From contig JBFWUJ010000003.1 of NCBI GenBank assembly GCA_050247295.1, positions 1 to 59,399 of the forward strand: DNA of 59,399 nucleotides, given 5' to 3'. The DNA comes from Sphingomonas sp. Lineage in GTDB: Bacteria; Pseudomonadota; Alphaproteobacteria; Sphingomonadales; Sphingomonadaceae. The notes below the pieces were generated by a model. The model did no database searches. It was not told where the DNA came from and worked only from the letters and a program-made list of their open reading frames with translations. A program made the translations under genes and the position numbers. Numbering within the stretch: position 1 is the stretch's first letter; every line of letters starts with the position of its first letter. Positions 12,986 to 22,052 of the stretch are shown one piece after another.

Positions 12986-14761
12986 ATGGCCAGGGGGAAG
13001 GACGACGAAGCGCCGCGCGGCCGGATCGGCAATCTTCTGGTCGTCTGGCGCTATGCGCTCAAATATCGGCTGACGATCCTCGGCGCCGGGATCGCGCTGG
13101 TGCTTGCCGCCGGCGCGACGCTGGCCATACCGGACGGCTTCCGAAGGCTGATCGACCAGGGCTTCGCGGCCGATGGCGCCGGCCAGATCGACCACCTCTT
13201 CCGTTACCTGCTGGCGATGGTCATCCTGCTCGGCGCGGCGACGGCGCTGCGCTTCTATTTCGTTTCCATGCTGGGCGAGAAGGTCGTCGCCGACATCCGC
13301 GTCGCCGTGCACGACAATATGCTGCGCCTGGAGCCGCGCTTCTTCGAGGAGAACAGGCCGTCCGAGATTGCCTCGCGGATCACCGCCGACACCGCCGTGA
13401 TCGAAATGGTCGTGGGCTCGACGGTCTCGCAGGCGCTGCGCAACGTCGTTCTCGGGGTCGGCGGCATTGCCTATCTGTTCACGCTGGCGCCGATGATGAC
13501 GCTCGGCCTGCTGATCGGCATTCCGGTGATCGTCATCCCGCTCGTCCTGCTCGGCCGGCGGGTGCGCGCCATATCCCGCCGCAGCCAGGACAGCATCGCC
13601 GACCTGGGATCGATCGTCGCCGAAACGCTGGGAGCGATGAAGATCGTCCAGGCATTCGGCCAGGAGCACCGGGAGAGCGGCCGTTTCCGGGAAGCGGTCG
13701 CGAGGACCTTCGCCACGGCGCGACGCCGGATTGTCTTGCGCGCCTTCCTGACCGGGATCGTGATCTCCCTCCTCTTCGGATCGATCACGTTGCTGATGCG
13801 GCAGGCAGCGATCGACGTGAACGAAGGGGCGCTGAGCGGCGGCACCGTCGCCGCCTTCGTGATCACCGGTGCGTTGGTCGCGAGCGCCTTCGGAGCCCTG
13901 ACCGAGGTCTATGGCGAGCTGCTGCGCGGAGCGGGCGCGGCCGGCCGGATCGCGGAGCTGCTGGCCGAGCGGCCCGGGATCACCGCGCCCGCCGATCCGG
14001 TCGCGCTGCCGGATCCGCGCGGCGCCCTCACCTTCGACGGGGTCAGCTTCCGCTATCCGACCCGTCCGGATGTCAGCGCCCTGCATGAATTCCGACTGGA
14101 GGTGCGGCCGGGTGAGCTGCTCGCCGTCGTCGGGCCGTCCGGCGCCGGTAAATCGACCCTGTTCCAGCTCGCCCAGCGCTTTTACGACCCGCAATCCGGC
14201 CGCGTGCTGATTGATGGCGTCGACGTTCGCGATGCCGATCCGGCGGCGGTGCGAAGCCGGATCGCGATGGTGCCGCAGGAAACGGTCATCTTCGCCGCGT
14301 CGGCGCGCGACAATCTGCGCTACGGACGCTGGGACGCGGGCGACGATGCGCTGTGGCAGGCGGCGGAGGCGGCGAACGCGGCCGAATTCCTGCGCAAGCT
14401 GCCGGAGGGTCTCGACAGCTATCTGGGCGAAGGAGGCGCGCGGCTTTCGGGCGGCCAGCGGCAACGGATCGCGATCGCCCGCGCGCTGCTGCGCGACGCG
14501 CCGCTGCTGCTCCTGGACGAAGCGACCTCGTCGCTCGATGCCGAATCCGAGCGCCTGGTCCAGTCATCGCTCGAGCGGCTGTTCGAAGGCCGGACGACGA
14601 TCGTGATCGCCCACCGCCTCGCCACCGTTCGCGCGGCGCACCGGATCATCGTCATGGATGAGGGCCGGATCGTCGAGGAAGGCGACCATGACAGCCTAAG
14701 CGCCCATGGCGGGCTCTATTCCCGGCTGGCGCGCCTCCAGTTCGAGGGCATCGCGGCCTAA
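12986..14761 (+). CDS. ABC exporter, fused permease/ATPase (MsbA-like)
   Basis: Six-TM N-domain, GPSGAGKS, LSGGQRQR, LLLDEATS, AHRL. Confidence 0.93.
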   Translation: MARGKDDEAPRGRIGNLLVVWRYALKYRLTILGAGIALVLAAGATLAIPDGFRRLIDQGFAADGAGQIDHLFRYLLAMVILLGAATALRFYFVSMLGEKVVADIRVAVHDNMLRLEPRFFEENRPSEIASRITADTAVIEMVVGSTVSQALRNVVLGVGGIAYLFTLAPMMTLGLLIGIPVIVIPLVLLGRRVRAISRRSQDSIADLGSIVAETLGAMKIVQAFGQEHRESGRFREAVARTFATARRRIVLRAFLTGIVISLLFGSITLLMRQAAIDVNEGALSGGTVAAFVITGALVASAFGALTEVYGELLRGAGAAGRIAELLAERPGITAPADPVALPDPRGALTFDGVSFRYPTRPDVSALHEFRLEVRPGELLAVVGPSGAGKSTLFQLAQRFYDPQSGRVLIDGVDVRDADPAAVRSRIAMVPQETVIFAASARDNLRYGRWDAGDDALWQAAEAANAAEFLRKLPEGLDSYLGEGGARLSGGQRQRIAIARALLRDAPLLLLDEATSSLDAESERLVQSSLERLFEGRTTIVIAHRLATVRAAHRIIVMDEGRIVEEGDHDSLSAHGGLYSRLARLQFEGIAA

Positions 14762-14783
14762 CGGGCGCGATCGGCGCCCAACG

Positions 14784-14810
14784 AAAAGGGGCGGCCCGAA
14801 GACCGCCCCT
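14784..14810 (-). terminator. intrinsic terminator of the tonB-exbBDD operon
   Basis: AGGGGCGG / CCGCCCCT stem with an A-tract at 14784-14787 (U-tract on the minus strand), between convergent genes. Confidence 0.7.
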
Positions 14811-14832
14811 CACGTTCGCGCAAGGCAAAAGC

Positions 14833-15261
14833 TCAGAAGCTCGTATATCGTTCGTTGCCGACGAAACCCATCGCCGTGATGTTGGCGCGCTTGGTGACGG
14901 CCAGCACCTCGTCGACCTGCTCGTAGCGGGCTTCCGGATCGGGCGAGAGGTGAAGCTCCGGCGTCGGCGTCAGCGTCGTCGTATAGTCGAGATACTGGCG
15001 CAGCCGGGTCAGATTGATCGGCGTGCCGTTCCACAGGACCGCGTTGTTCGGCATGATGTTGATCACGTTCTTCACCGGATCGATCGGCGGCGGCGTCTGG
15101 TTGGGCTGGTTCTGCGGCAGATCCAGCTTCACCGCGTGCGTCTGCACCGGAATCGTGATGATGAACATGATGAGAAGGACCAGCATGACGTCGATCAACG
15201 GCGTCGTGTTGATCTCCATCATCGGTTCTGCCGATTCGGGATTGAGGGTCGATGCGCTCAT
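14833..15261 (-). CDS. exbD: ExbD/TolR family protein
   Basis: EINTTPLIDVMLVLLIMFII motif. Confidence 0.92.
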   Translation of the reverse strand: MSASTLNPESAEPMMEINTTPLIDVMLVLLIMFIITIPVQTHAVKLDLPQNQPNQTPPPIDPVKNVINIMPNNAVLWNGTPINLTRLRQYLDYTTTLTPTPELHLSPDPEARYEQVDEVLAVTKRANITAMGFVGNERYTSF

Positions 15262-15292
15262 GAGAAGGAAGCTCCTGACTTGATCCCGAAGA

Positions 15293-15778
<486 letters not shown>

Positions 15779-15869
15779 GATTCAGATTCCTATCCTGACT
15801 GTCACCGCCCCGAGCGGGGCGAGAGAGGCAGCGGGCGCGCCCACCAGCAGGCGCGCCCGCCGTTCGCCT

Positions 15870-16658
15870 TCAGGCCTTGCTGCCCGTCGTGGTCGCCGCG
15901 CCCGCCTGACCGGTAGCGGCGGCGCGCGCCGGAGCCGAAGCGGCCGGGGTGCGGGCCGGAGCGGTCGCCGTCACCGGCTTCACCGTGCCGCCCGAGGCCA
16001 TATAGCCGTGGACGTCGGTGGCGAAGCGCATGAGGTTCTCGCCGATCACCTTGTTGCGGCGCATCAGCCAGTTGTACTGCATGACCGCCGGCACCGCGAC
16101 CGCGAGACCGAGCGCGGTCATGATCAGCGCCTCGCCGACCGGGCCGGCGACCGCGTCGATCGACGCCTGGCCGGACGAGCCGATGCGGATCAGCGCGCGG
16201 TAGATGCCGACGACGGTGCCGAACAGGCCGACGAACGGCGCCGTCGAACCGACCGTGGCGAGCAGCGACAGGCCGCTCGACAGCTTGGCGGTGATCGCCG
16301 CCTGGCTGCGCTGCAGCGACGAGGCCACCCACTCATGCTGATCGACCGGATCGGTCAGACGATTGTGCTGCTCTTCCGCCAGCAGGCCGTCGTCGACAAC
16401 CTGGCGATAGGCGCCGTTGCGCTGCAGCTTGTTGGCGCCATCGCGCAAATTGGGTGAGTTCCAGAACGACGTCCGGACCTTCTTGCCCTCGTTGATGATC
16501 TTCTGCTGCTCGATCACCTTGGTGAAGAAGACGTACCAAGACGCCACGGACATGACGACCATGATGCCGAACGTGATCTGGGCAATCAGACCGCCCTGTT
16601 CGAGCGCGGCCATCAGGCCATAGGGATTTTCCCCGCCATGTGCTGCTGGTGCTGCCAT
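15870..16658 (-). CDS. exbB: MotA/TolQ/ExbB proton channel
   Basis: LATVGSTAPFVGLFGTVVGI and GEALIMTALGLAVAVPA. Confidence 0.93.
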   Translation of the reverse strand: MAAPAAHGGENPYGLMAALEQGGLIAQITFGIMVVMSVASWYVFFTKVIEQQKIINEGKKVRTSFWNSPNLRDGANKLQRNGAYRQVVDDGLLAEEQHNRLTDPVDQHEWVASSLQRSQAAITAKLSSGLSLLATVGSTAPFVGLFGTVVGIYRALIRIGSSGQASIDAVAGPVGEALIMTALGLAVAVPAVMQYNWLMRRNKVIGENLMRFATDVHGYMASGGTVKPVTATAPARTPAASAPARAAATGQAGAATTTGSKA

Positions 16659-16712
16659 TGTACCATTCCCTCTCAGTCAAATTGGTTAAGTTGGGTGTCT
16701 AAACAGTCGGCC

Positions 16713-17360
16713 TTATTGCTGAATCCGCCACGTGATGCGGCTGCTGTGCGTGTCGCCCACGGCCGCTCCGGTGCTGTCGCGCGCCGGCGTGAACCGGGCC
16801 CGGCTGCGCATGATCCGGCAGGTCGCCTGATCGAGCGCGGACGAACCGCTTGACGACGTGATCGTGCAATCGCTGACCCGCCCGTCCGGGCCGATGGTAA
16901 GCCGGAAGCCGGTCGTGCCCTCTTCCTCATTGCGCAAGGCCGAGGACGGATAATCCGAATCCGAGACATAGCTGCCAAGGTTCGATCGAGCGCGCGCCGG
17001 CTCGACCCGCGCAGGCGGCGGCGGCGGCGGCGGCGGGGCCGGCGGAGTGATCGGCGGCGGCGGGGCCGGCGGCAAATTGGGCACCGTCACGACCGGCGGG
17101 GCCGGAGTCGGCAACCGAACCAGCGGCGGCGGTGCGACCACCGGCGGCGGCGGCGTCGCCTTGGGCTGTTCGGGAGGTGGCTCCTCGGGCGGCGGCGCCT
17201 CTTCCTGGACCTCGAACGTCTTGAGATCCTCGGCCGCCTGCTTGACGAACTTATAGGCCAGACCGGTCACGAAGGCGTAGCCAAGCAAAGCATGCAGGAC
17301 CGCCACCAAGATGATCGACCAGACCCGGCCGCGGGTCATTCCCTGATCAACGTATGCCAT
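16713..17360 (-). CDS. tonB: energy transducer TonB
   Basis: N-terminal TM with His, Pro-rich linker, C-terminal YPSSALRNEEEG...SSGSSALDQA..FTPA. Confidence 0.92.
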   Translation of the reverse strand: MAYVDQGMTRGRVWSIILVAVLHALLGYAFVTGLAYKFVKQAAEDLKTFEVQEEAPPPEEPPPEQPKATPPPPVVAPPPLVRLPTPAPPVVTVPNLPPAPPPPITPPAPPPPPPPPARVEPARARSNLGSYVSDSDYPSSALRNEEEGTTGFRLTIGPDGRVSDCTITSSSGSSALDQATCRIMRSRARFTPARDSTGAAVGDTHSSRITWRIQQ

Positions 17361-17591
17361 TAATCAGCCGCGCTCCTCTCAATACGTGCCGTGCTGGGCC
17401 CAATAACGTCTCAACGCAGCGACCCAGCTTCGGTTCATCCCGACTGCCGAACGGAACGAGGCCGGTGCTCTATCGTCACGGTCCCGATCAGGCAATCCTT
17501 CTTGCCATGCTTCATGGCACGGGTCGATTACAGCCGCAATGCAGGGTTAATCCGGGTGGCGATAGCGGCCGGGCAAACCGGCGAGGAGTGA

Positions 17592-18437
17592 ATGTTGAAG
17601 ATAAGCGAAGCGATCCTGACGACGGCAGCGGCGCTGCTGATGCTATGCGGCCAAGCCGCTGAATCTCAAACGATTCCCGATCCGGGGGAGCCAACTTATG
17701 CCGACCTCGCCGATCGCGCATTGCCGGCCCCCATCGCCGCCCATGTCCGGATCGCGCGGGTCGATCGGCTGCGCCGGGAAGAGGCGGCGAGCGCCCCGGC
17801 GGGGCATCGCCGGTTCCTGATCGACGCCGATATCGTCGCCCTGATTCGCGGCCCTTCAGGCATGCCGGCGCGAGTCCGCTATCTCATCGACCTGCCCGAC
17901 GATGCACGCGGCCGGCCGGCCGATCCGCGGCGGCGGAGCGAATGGCTGATCTTCGCCTCGCGCTCGCCGGTGCGGCCGGACGAGCTGCGCCTCGCCAGCC
18001 CCGATTCGCAGCTCGCCTACACGCCCGAGGCGGCGGAGCGGGTGCGGGCGCTGCTGCGCGAGGCGGCCGCCGCCGACGCGGCGCCGCGAATCACCGGCAT
18101 CGGCCGGGCCTTCCATGTGCCGGGCTCGCTGCCCGGCGAGAGCGAGACGCAGTTCTTTCTGCAAACCGCGGACAACCGGCCGATATCGATCTCGGTGCTG
18201 CGCCGCCCGAATCAGCAGCCGCGATGGGCGGTCTCCCTGGCGGAGGTAATCGACGATGCCGCCGCCGCGCCGGCGCGCGACACGCTGCTCTGGTACCGGC
18301 TGGCCTGCAGCCTGCCGCCTCGCCTGCCGCGCCAGAGCCTGAGCGAGGCGAGCGCCGGGGACGCCGCAGCGATCGAAACCGATTACCGGCTGGTGATCGA
18401 CGCGCTCGGCGCCTGCACCCGCAATCGCGGCCGCTAG
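17592..18437 (+). CDS. exported hypothetical protein
   Basis: 281 aa, signal-like N-terminus, GAGGAG RBS; divergent from tonB. Confidence 0.7.
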   Translation: MLKISEAILTTAAALLMLCGQAAESQTIPDPGEPTYADLADRALPAPIAAHVRIARVDRLRREEAASAPAGHRRFLIDADIVALIRGPSGMPARVRYLIDLPDDARGRPADPRRRSEWLIFASRSPVRPDELRLASPDSQLAYTPEAAERVRALLREAAAADAAPRITGIGRAFHVPGSLPGESETQFFLQTADNRPISISVLRRPNQQPRWAVSLAEVIDDAAAAPARDTLLWYRLACSLPPRLPRQSLSEASAGDAAAIETDYRLVIDALGACTRNRGR

Positions 18438-18838
18438 AAGCTGGCCAGCTCGACGCCGACGCCGGCGCAATCGGGGTAGATGTCCGGCTTGCGGGCGGCC
18501 ACTCGCAACCCGGTCACGCCGCGCCGCGCCGCGACGAGATCGTAAATTTCCCGCACCACCGTCTCCTGCAGATTGAACCGCCGGCCGGCGACCAAGGCCG
18601 CGATCTCGGTCCTCAGGAAATCATAATCCCAGGCGTTCGCCTCGTCGTCCGCGGCGGCGAAGGAGCACTCGTCGACCCACACCTCGACCGTCACCAGCAG
18701 CCGCTGCGGATTGCCGACCTCGAAATCATGGAAGCCGATATCGAGCCGCAGCTCATAATCGTCGAGCGCGATCTTGCGGGTCTTCGGGCGAAGCGTCTCC
18801 GGCACCAGGCCGTCGAGGCGGATGACGAGATCGGTCAT
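18434..18838 (-). CDS. folB: dihydroneopterin aldolase
   Basis: IGFHDFE..PQRL, DYD, FNLQET, KPDIYPDC..VGVE. Confidence 0.85.
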   Translation of the reverse strand: MTDLVIRLDGLVPETLRPKTRKIALDDYELRLDIGFHDFEVGNPQRLLVTVEVWVDECSFAAADDEANAWDYDFLRTEIAALVAGRRFNLQETVVREIYDLVAARRGVTGLRVAARKPDIYPDCAGVGVELASF

Positions 18839-19584
18839 CGGGTCTCCATGAACTGGACGTCGCGGGCGAGCGACAGGAATCGCTGGCCGCCGTCAATGGT
18901 GATGATCTGCCCGGTCAGCGTCGGGGTGGCGACGATGAATCGCAACGCGCCGACGATCTCCTCGACCGCGACGCCGCGACGCAACGCATTCAGCGCATGA
19001 ACCTGATCGAAATTTTCCCGGCTCTGCGGGCCGGACACGAGGGTGACGGAAGGGGCGATGCCGCAGACCCGGATGCGCGGCGCGAGGGCGCGCGCGCTGA
19101 GCTCGGTCAGGCCGGCGAGCCCGATCTTCGAGAGGGTGTAGCTGAAATAATCGGGATTGGGCGCCGCCAGCTTGGCGTCGAGCAGGTTGACGATCAGGCC
19201 GCGCTCGACCCGCCCGGCGAACGCCCGGCTCAGCAACGCCGGGGCGCGCAGATTGATATCCAGATGCGCATCCCAGCCCTCGACGTCGAAATCGGCAAGC
19301 CGGTCGAGAACGAAGCGCGAGGCGCTGTTCACCAGCAGCATCGGCGGTGGGAGGCCGTCCAGCGCCGCCATGATCGCATCGGCCGCGGCCGGATCGGCGA
19401 AATCGGCCTGGACCACGCGGCCGCCCAGTTCGCGCGCCAGTGCATCCGCCTCCGGACGACTGCGGTTGCAATGGATCAGCACATGCCAGCCGTCGGCCGC
19501 AAGCGCCCGCGCCAGCGCCGCGCCGATCCGCTTCGCGCCCCCGGTCACGATCGCAGTGCGCGGTGTTGCAAATTCATCGTCCAC
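18835..19584 (-). CDS. SDR oxidoreductase, pteridine reductase (FolM/PTR1)-like
   Basis: TGGAKRIG, NSAS, YTLSK catalytic motif; ATGA-coupled to folB. GTG start inferred. Confidence 0.85.
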   Translation of the reverse strand: MDDEFATPRTAIVTGGAKRIGAALARALAADGWHVLIHCNRSRPEADALARELGGRVVQADFADPAAADAIMAALDGLPPPMLLVNSASRFVLDRLADFDVEGWDAHLDINLRAPALLSRAFAGRVERGLIVNLLDAKLAAPNPDYFSYTLSKIGLAGLTELSARALAPRIRVCGIAPSVTLVSGPQSRENFDQVHALNALRRGVAVEEIVGALRFIVATPTLTGQIITIDGGQRFLSLARDVQFMETR

Positions 19585-19690
19585 GCCGCCGCCTAACCTT
19601 TCGCCATGACCGAAGTCGAGAGGCGCCGACGCGGATTCATCACGCGCGCCCCCTCGACGGCGCTCGGGACGAACGGCATATCGGCACTCA

Positions 19691-20263
19691 ATGCCCGAAA
19701 CCGCGCCCCCGCCCGCCGACCTCGCCGGGCTCGGCCTCGCCGAGATCGCGCGGCTCGCCGAGCAGCGGCGGTTGCCGCCGGTGGAGAATTGGCACCCGAC
19801 GCATTGCGGGGACAGCGCGATGCGAATCGCCCGCGACGGGACCTGGTTCCACGAAGGCAGCCCGATCGGCCGGCCGGCGATGGTGCGCCTGTTTTCGACC
19901 ATCCTGAGGCGCGAGCCGGACGGCGGCTTCGTGCTGGTAACGCCGGTCGAGAAGCTCGACATCGCGGTCGAGGATGCGCCGTTCGTCGCCATCGAGCTGA
20001 AGAGTGAAGGCGAAAGCGAGGCGCGATCCCTCGCCTTTCGGCTCAACACCGGCGACCTCGTCGTTGCCGGGCCCGACCACAGGCTCCGCTTCGAGGAGCA
20101 TGGCGACGGGCCGCATCCCTATCTGCAGGTACGCGGCGGGCTTGAGGCGCTGATCGCCCGGCCGGTCTATTACGAGCTGGCGGCGCTGGCGCTTGCCGAA
20201 GGCGGCGATCCGCCCGGCCTTTGGAGCGGCGGCGCGTTCTTTGCGCTGGCGGGCGCCGCATGA
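19691..20263 (+). CDS. DUF1285 family protein
   Basis: PPVENWHPTHCGDSAMRIARDGTWFHEGSPIGR...LVTPVEK..VEDAPF. Confidence 0.88.
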   Translation: MPETAPPPADLAGLGLAEIARLAEQRRLPPVENWHPTHCGDSAMRIARDGTWFHEGSPIGRPAMVRLFSTILRREPDGGFVLVTPVEKLDIAVEDAPFVAIELKSEGESEARSLAFRLNTGDLVVAGPDHRLRFEEHGDGPHPYLQVRGGLEALIARPVYYELAALALAEGGDPPGLWSGGAFFALAGAA

Positions 20264-20859
20264 CCCTCGCCGAGACCCTGCGCGCCGCTTTGGGCGCCGA
20301 GCGCGCCCCCGCCCCCACCCTGATTGCCGGCGACGTGCTGGAGGGCGAGGAGATCGGCGCCGGCATCACCCCGGCGGCGGTGCTGGTCGCGGTCGTCGAC
20401 CGGCCGGAGCCGACGGTGATCCTGACCCTTCGCCCCGATACGATGCGCAAGCATCCGGGGCAGATCAGCTTTCCCGGCGGCCGGATCGATCCCGACGACG
20501 ACGGCCCGGTCGCCGCGGCGCTGCGTGAGGCGGAGGAGGAGATCGGCCTTCCGCCGCGCGAGGTGGAGGTGATCGGGATCGCCGATCGCTACCGCACGAT
20601 CACCGGTTTCGAGGTCACTCCGGTCGTCGGCATCGTGCCCCCCGACCTGCAGCTCCGCCCCTATCCCGGCGAGGTCGCGGCCCTGTTCGAAGTGCCGCTC
20701 GCCCACCTGCTCGATCCCGCCCATCACGTCGTCCGTACCGTGGACTGGCGCGGCGTCGAGCGGCGCTATTTCGAGATCGACCATGAGGGACGACGCATCT
20801 GGGGCGCGACGGCGGCGATGATCGTCAACCTGAGCCGCCGGCTGGAGCTCGCCGCATGA
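20260..20859 (+). CDS. CoA pyrophosphatase, Nudix (NudL-like)
   Basis: HPGQISFPGG..AALREAEEEIGL Nudix box and IWGATA. Confidence 0.92.
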   Translation: MTLAETLRAALGAERAPAPTLIAGDVLEGEEIGAGITPAAVLVAVVDRPEPTVILTLRPDTMRKHPGQISFPGGRIDPDDDGPVAAALREAEEEIGLPPREVEVIGIADRYRTITGFEVTPVVGIVPPDLQLRPYPGEVAALFEVPLAHLLDPAHHVVRTVDWRGVERRYFEIDHEGRRIWGATAAMIVNLSRRLELAA

Positions 20860-22052
20860 CGCTTCCCGACGCGGACTGGCGGCATTGGGCGGGGATGGAC
20901 CGGCTGCTGGCCACGCTCGACGCCGAGGCGGGTGAAACCCGATTTGTCGGCGGCTGCGTGCGCGACGCCTTGCTCGCCATCCCGGTCAGCGACGTCGATC
21001 TCGCGACCCGCTTTCCCCCCGACGAGGTGATGGCGCGACTGAAGGCGGCGCGGATCAAGGCGGTGCCAACCGGCCTTGCCCACGGGACGGTGACGGCGGT
21101 GATCCACGGCCAGCCAATCCAGATCACGACGTTGCGGCGCGATCTGGATCCCGACGGCAGGCACACGCCGGTCGCCTATATCGGCGACTGGAAGGAGGAT
21201 GCGGCGCGGCGGGACTTCACGATCAACGCGCTCAGCGCGGAGCCGGCGAGCGGCAAGGTCCATGATTATTTCGGCGGCCTCGGCGATATCGAGGCGCGGC
21301 GGGTCCGCTTCATCGGCGACCCGCTCGAACGGATCGCCGAGGACCATTTGCGAATCCTACGCTTCTTTCGCTTTCATGCCCGTTTCGGCCTTGGAGCGCC
21401 CGATCCCGCCGGGCTCGACGCCTGCGTGGCCCGGGCCAACGATCTCATGGCCCTCTCACGCGAGCGGATCGCCGACGAACTGCTGAAGCTGCTCGAGCTG
21501 GCCGATCCCGGCCCGACCGTGGCGCTGATGATCGGGCGCGGCGTCCTGACACCGGTGTTGCCCGAAATCAGGGACGCTGAGCGCCTGATCCGAACGATCG
21601 CGCGCGAGGCGGCGACCGGCGTCGAGCCTTATGCGATCAGGCGGCTGGCGGCGCTGCTGCCCGACGCCGGTCCGGCCGGCCAGATCGCCGCCCGCCTGCG
21701 CCTTTCAAAGGTGCAGCGCACCCGGCTGATCGCCGCGCTTGCCGATCCGCTGCCGCCGCACGAGGCGGCGTACCGGCTCGGGATCGCGTCGGCGACGGAT
21801 CAGTTGCTGCTGTCGGACCGGACCGACCGGGCGGTGGCCGAGGCAGTGCGGGCCCTCAAGGATTGGCAGGTGCCCCGTCTGGGACTCACCGGCGGCGCGA
21901 TCGTCGCGCGCGGGATCAAGGAAGGGCCGCAAGTCGCACGACTGATGCAGCAGATCGAGGCCCAGTGGATCGCCGAAGGCTTCCCCGATCGCGCGCGCGT
22001 CAGCGCGCTTGCAGACGCGGCCGTCGATCAGGCGTTGCGTTCGCGCCAGTAG
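20856..22052 (+). CDS. cca: CCA tRNA nucleotidyltransferase
   Basis: VGGCVRDALL..DVDLAT, RRDFTINAL, EDHLRILRFFRF. Confidence 0.92.
   Translation: MTLPDADWRHWAGMDRLLATLDAEAGETRFVGGCVRDALLAIPVSDVDLATRFPPDEVMARLKAARIKAVPTGLAHGTVTAVIHGQPIQITTLRRDLDPDGRHTPVAYIGDWKEDAARRDFTINALSAEPASGKVHDYFGGLGDIEARRVRFIGDPLERIAEDHLRILRFFRFHARFGLGAPDPAGLDACVARANDLMALSRERIADELLKLLELADPGPTVALMIGRGVLTPVLPEIRDAERLIRTIAREAATGVEPYAIRRLAALLPDAGPAGQIAARLRLSKVQRTRLIAALADPLPPHEAAYRLGIASATDQLLLSDRTDRAVAEAVRALKDWQVPRLGLTGGAIVARGIKEGPQVARLMQQIEAQWIAEGFPDRARVSALADAAVDQALRSRQ

Noticed and set aside
12298-13032. Apparent N-terminal extension making PhaZ 655 aa
   Set aside because: The extension is the antisense of the 12499 gene; PhaZ-like sequence begins at MLYDAYE (12297).
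17013-17200. GGC tandem runs
   Set aside because: They encode the TonB poly-proline linker; not a repeat array or CRISPR.
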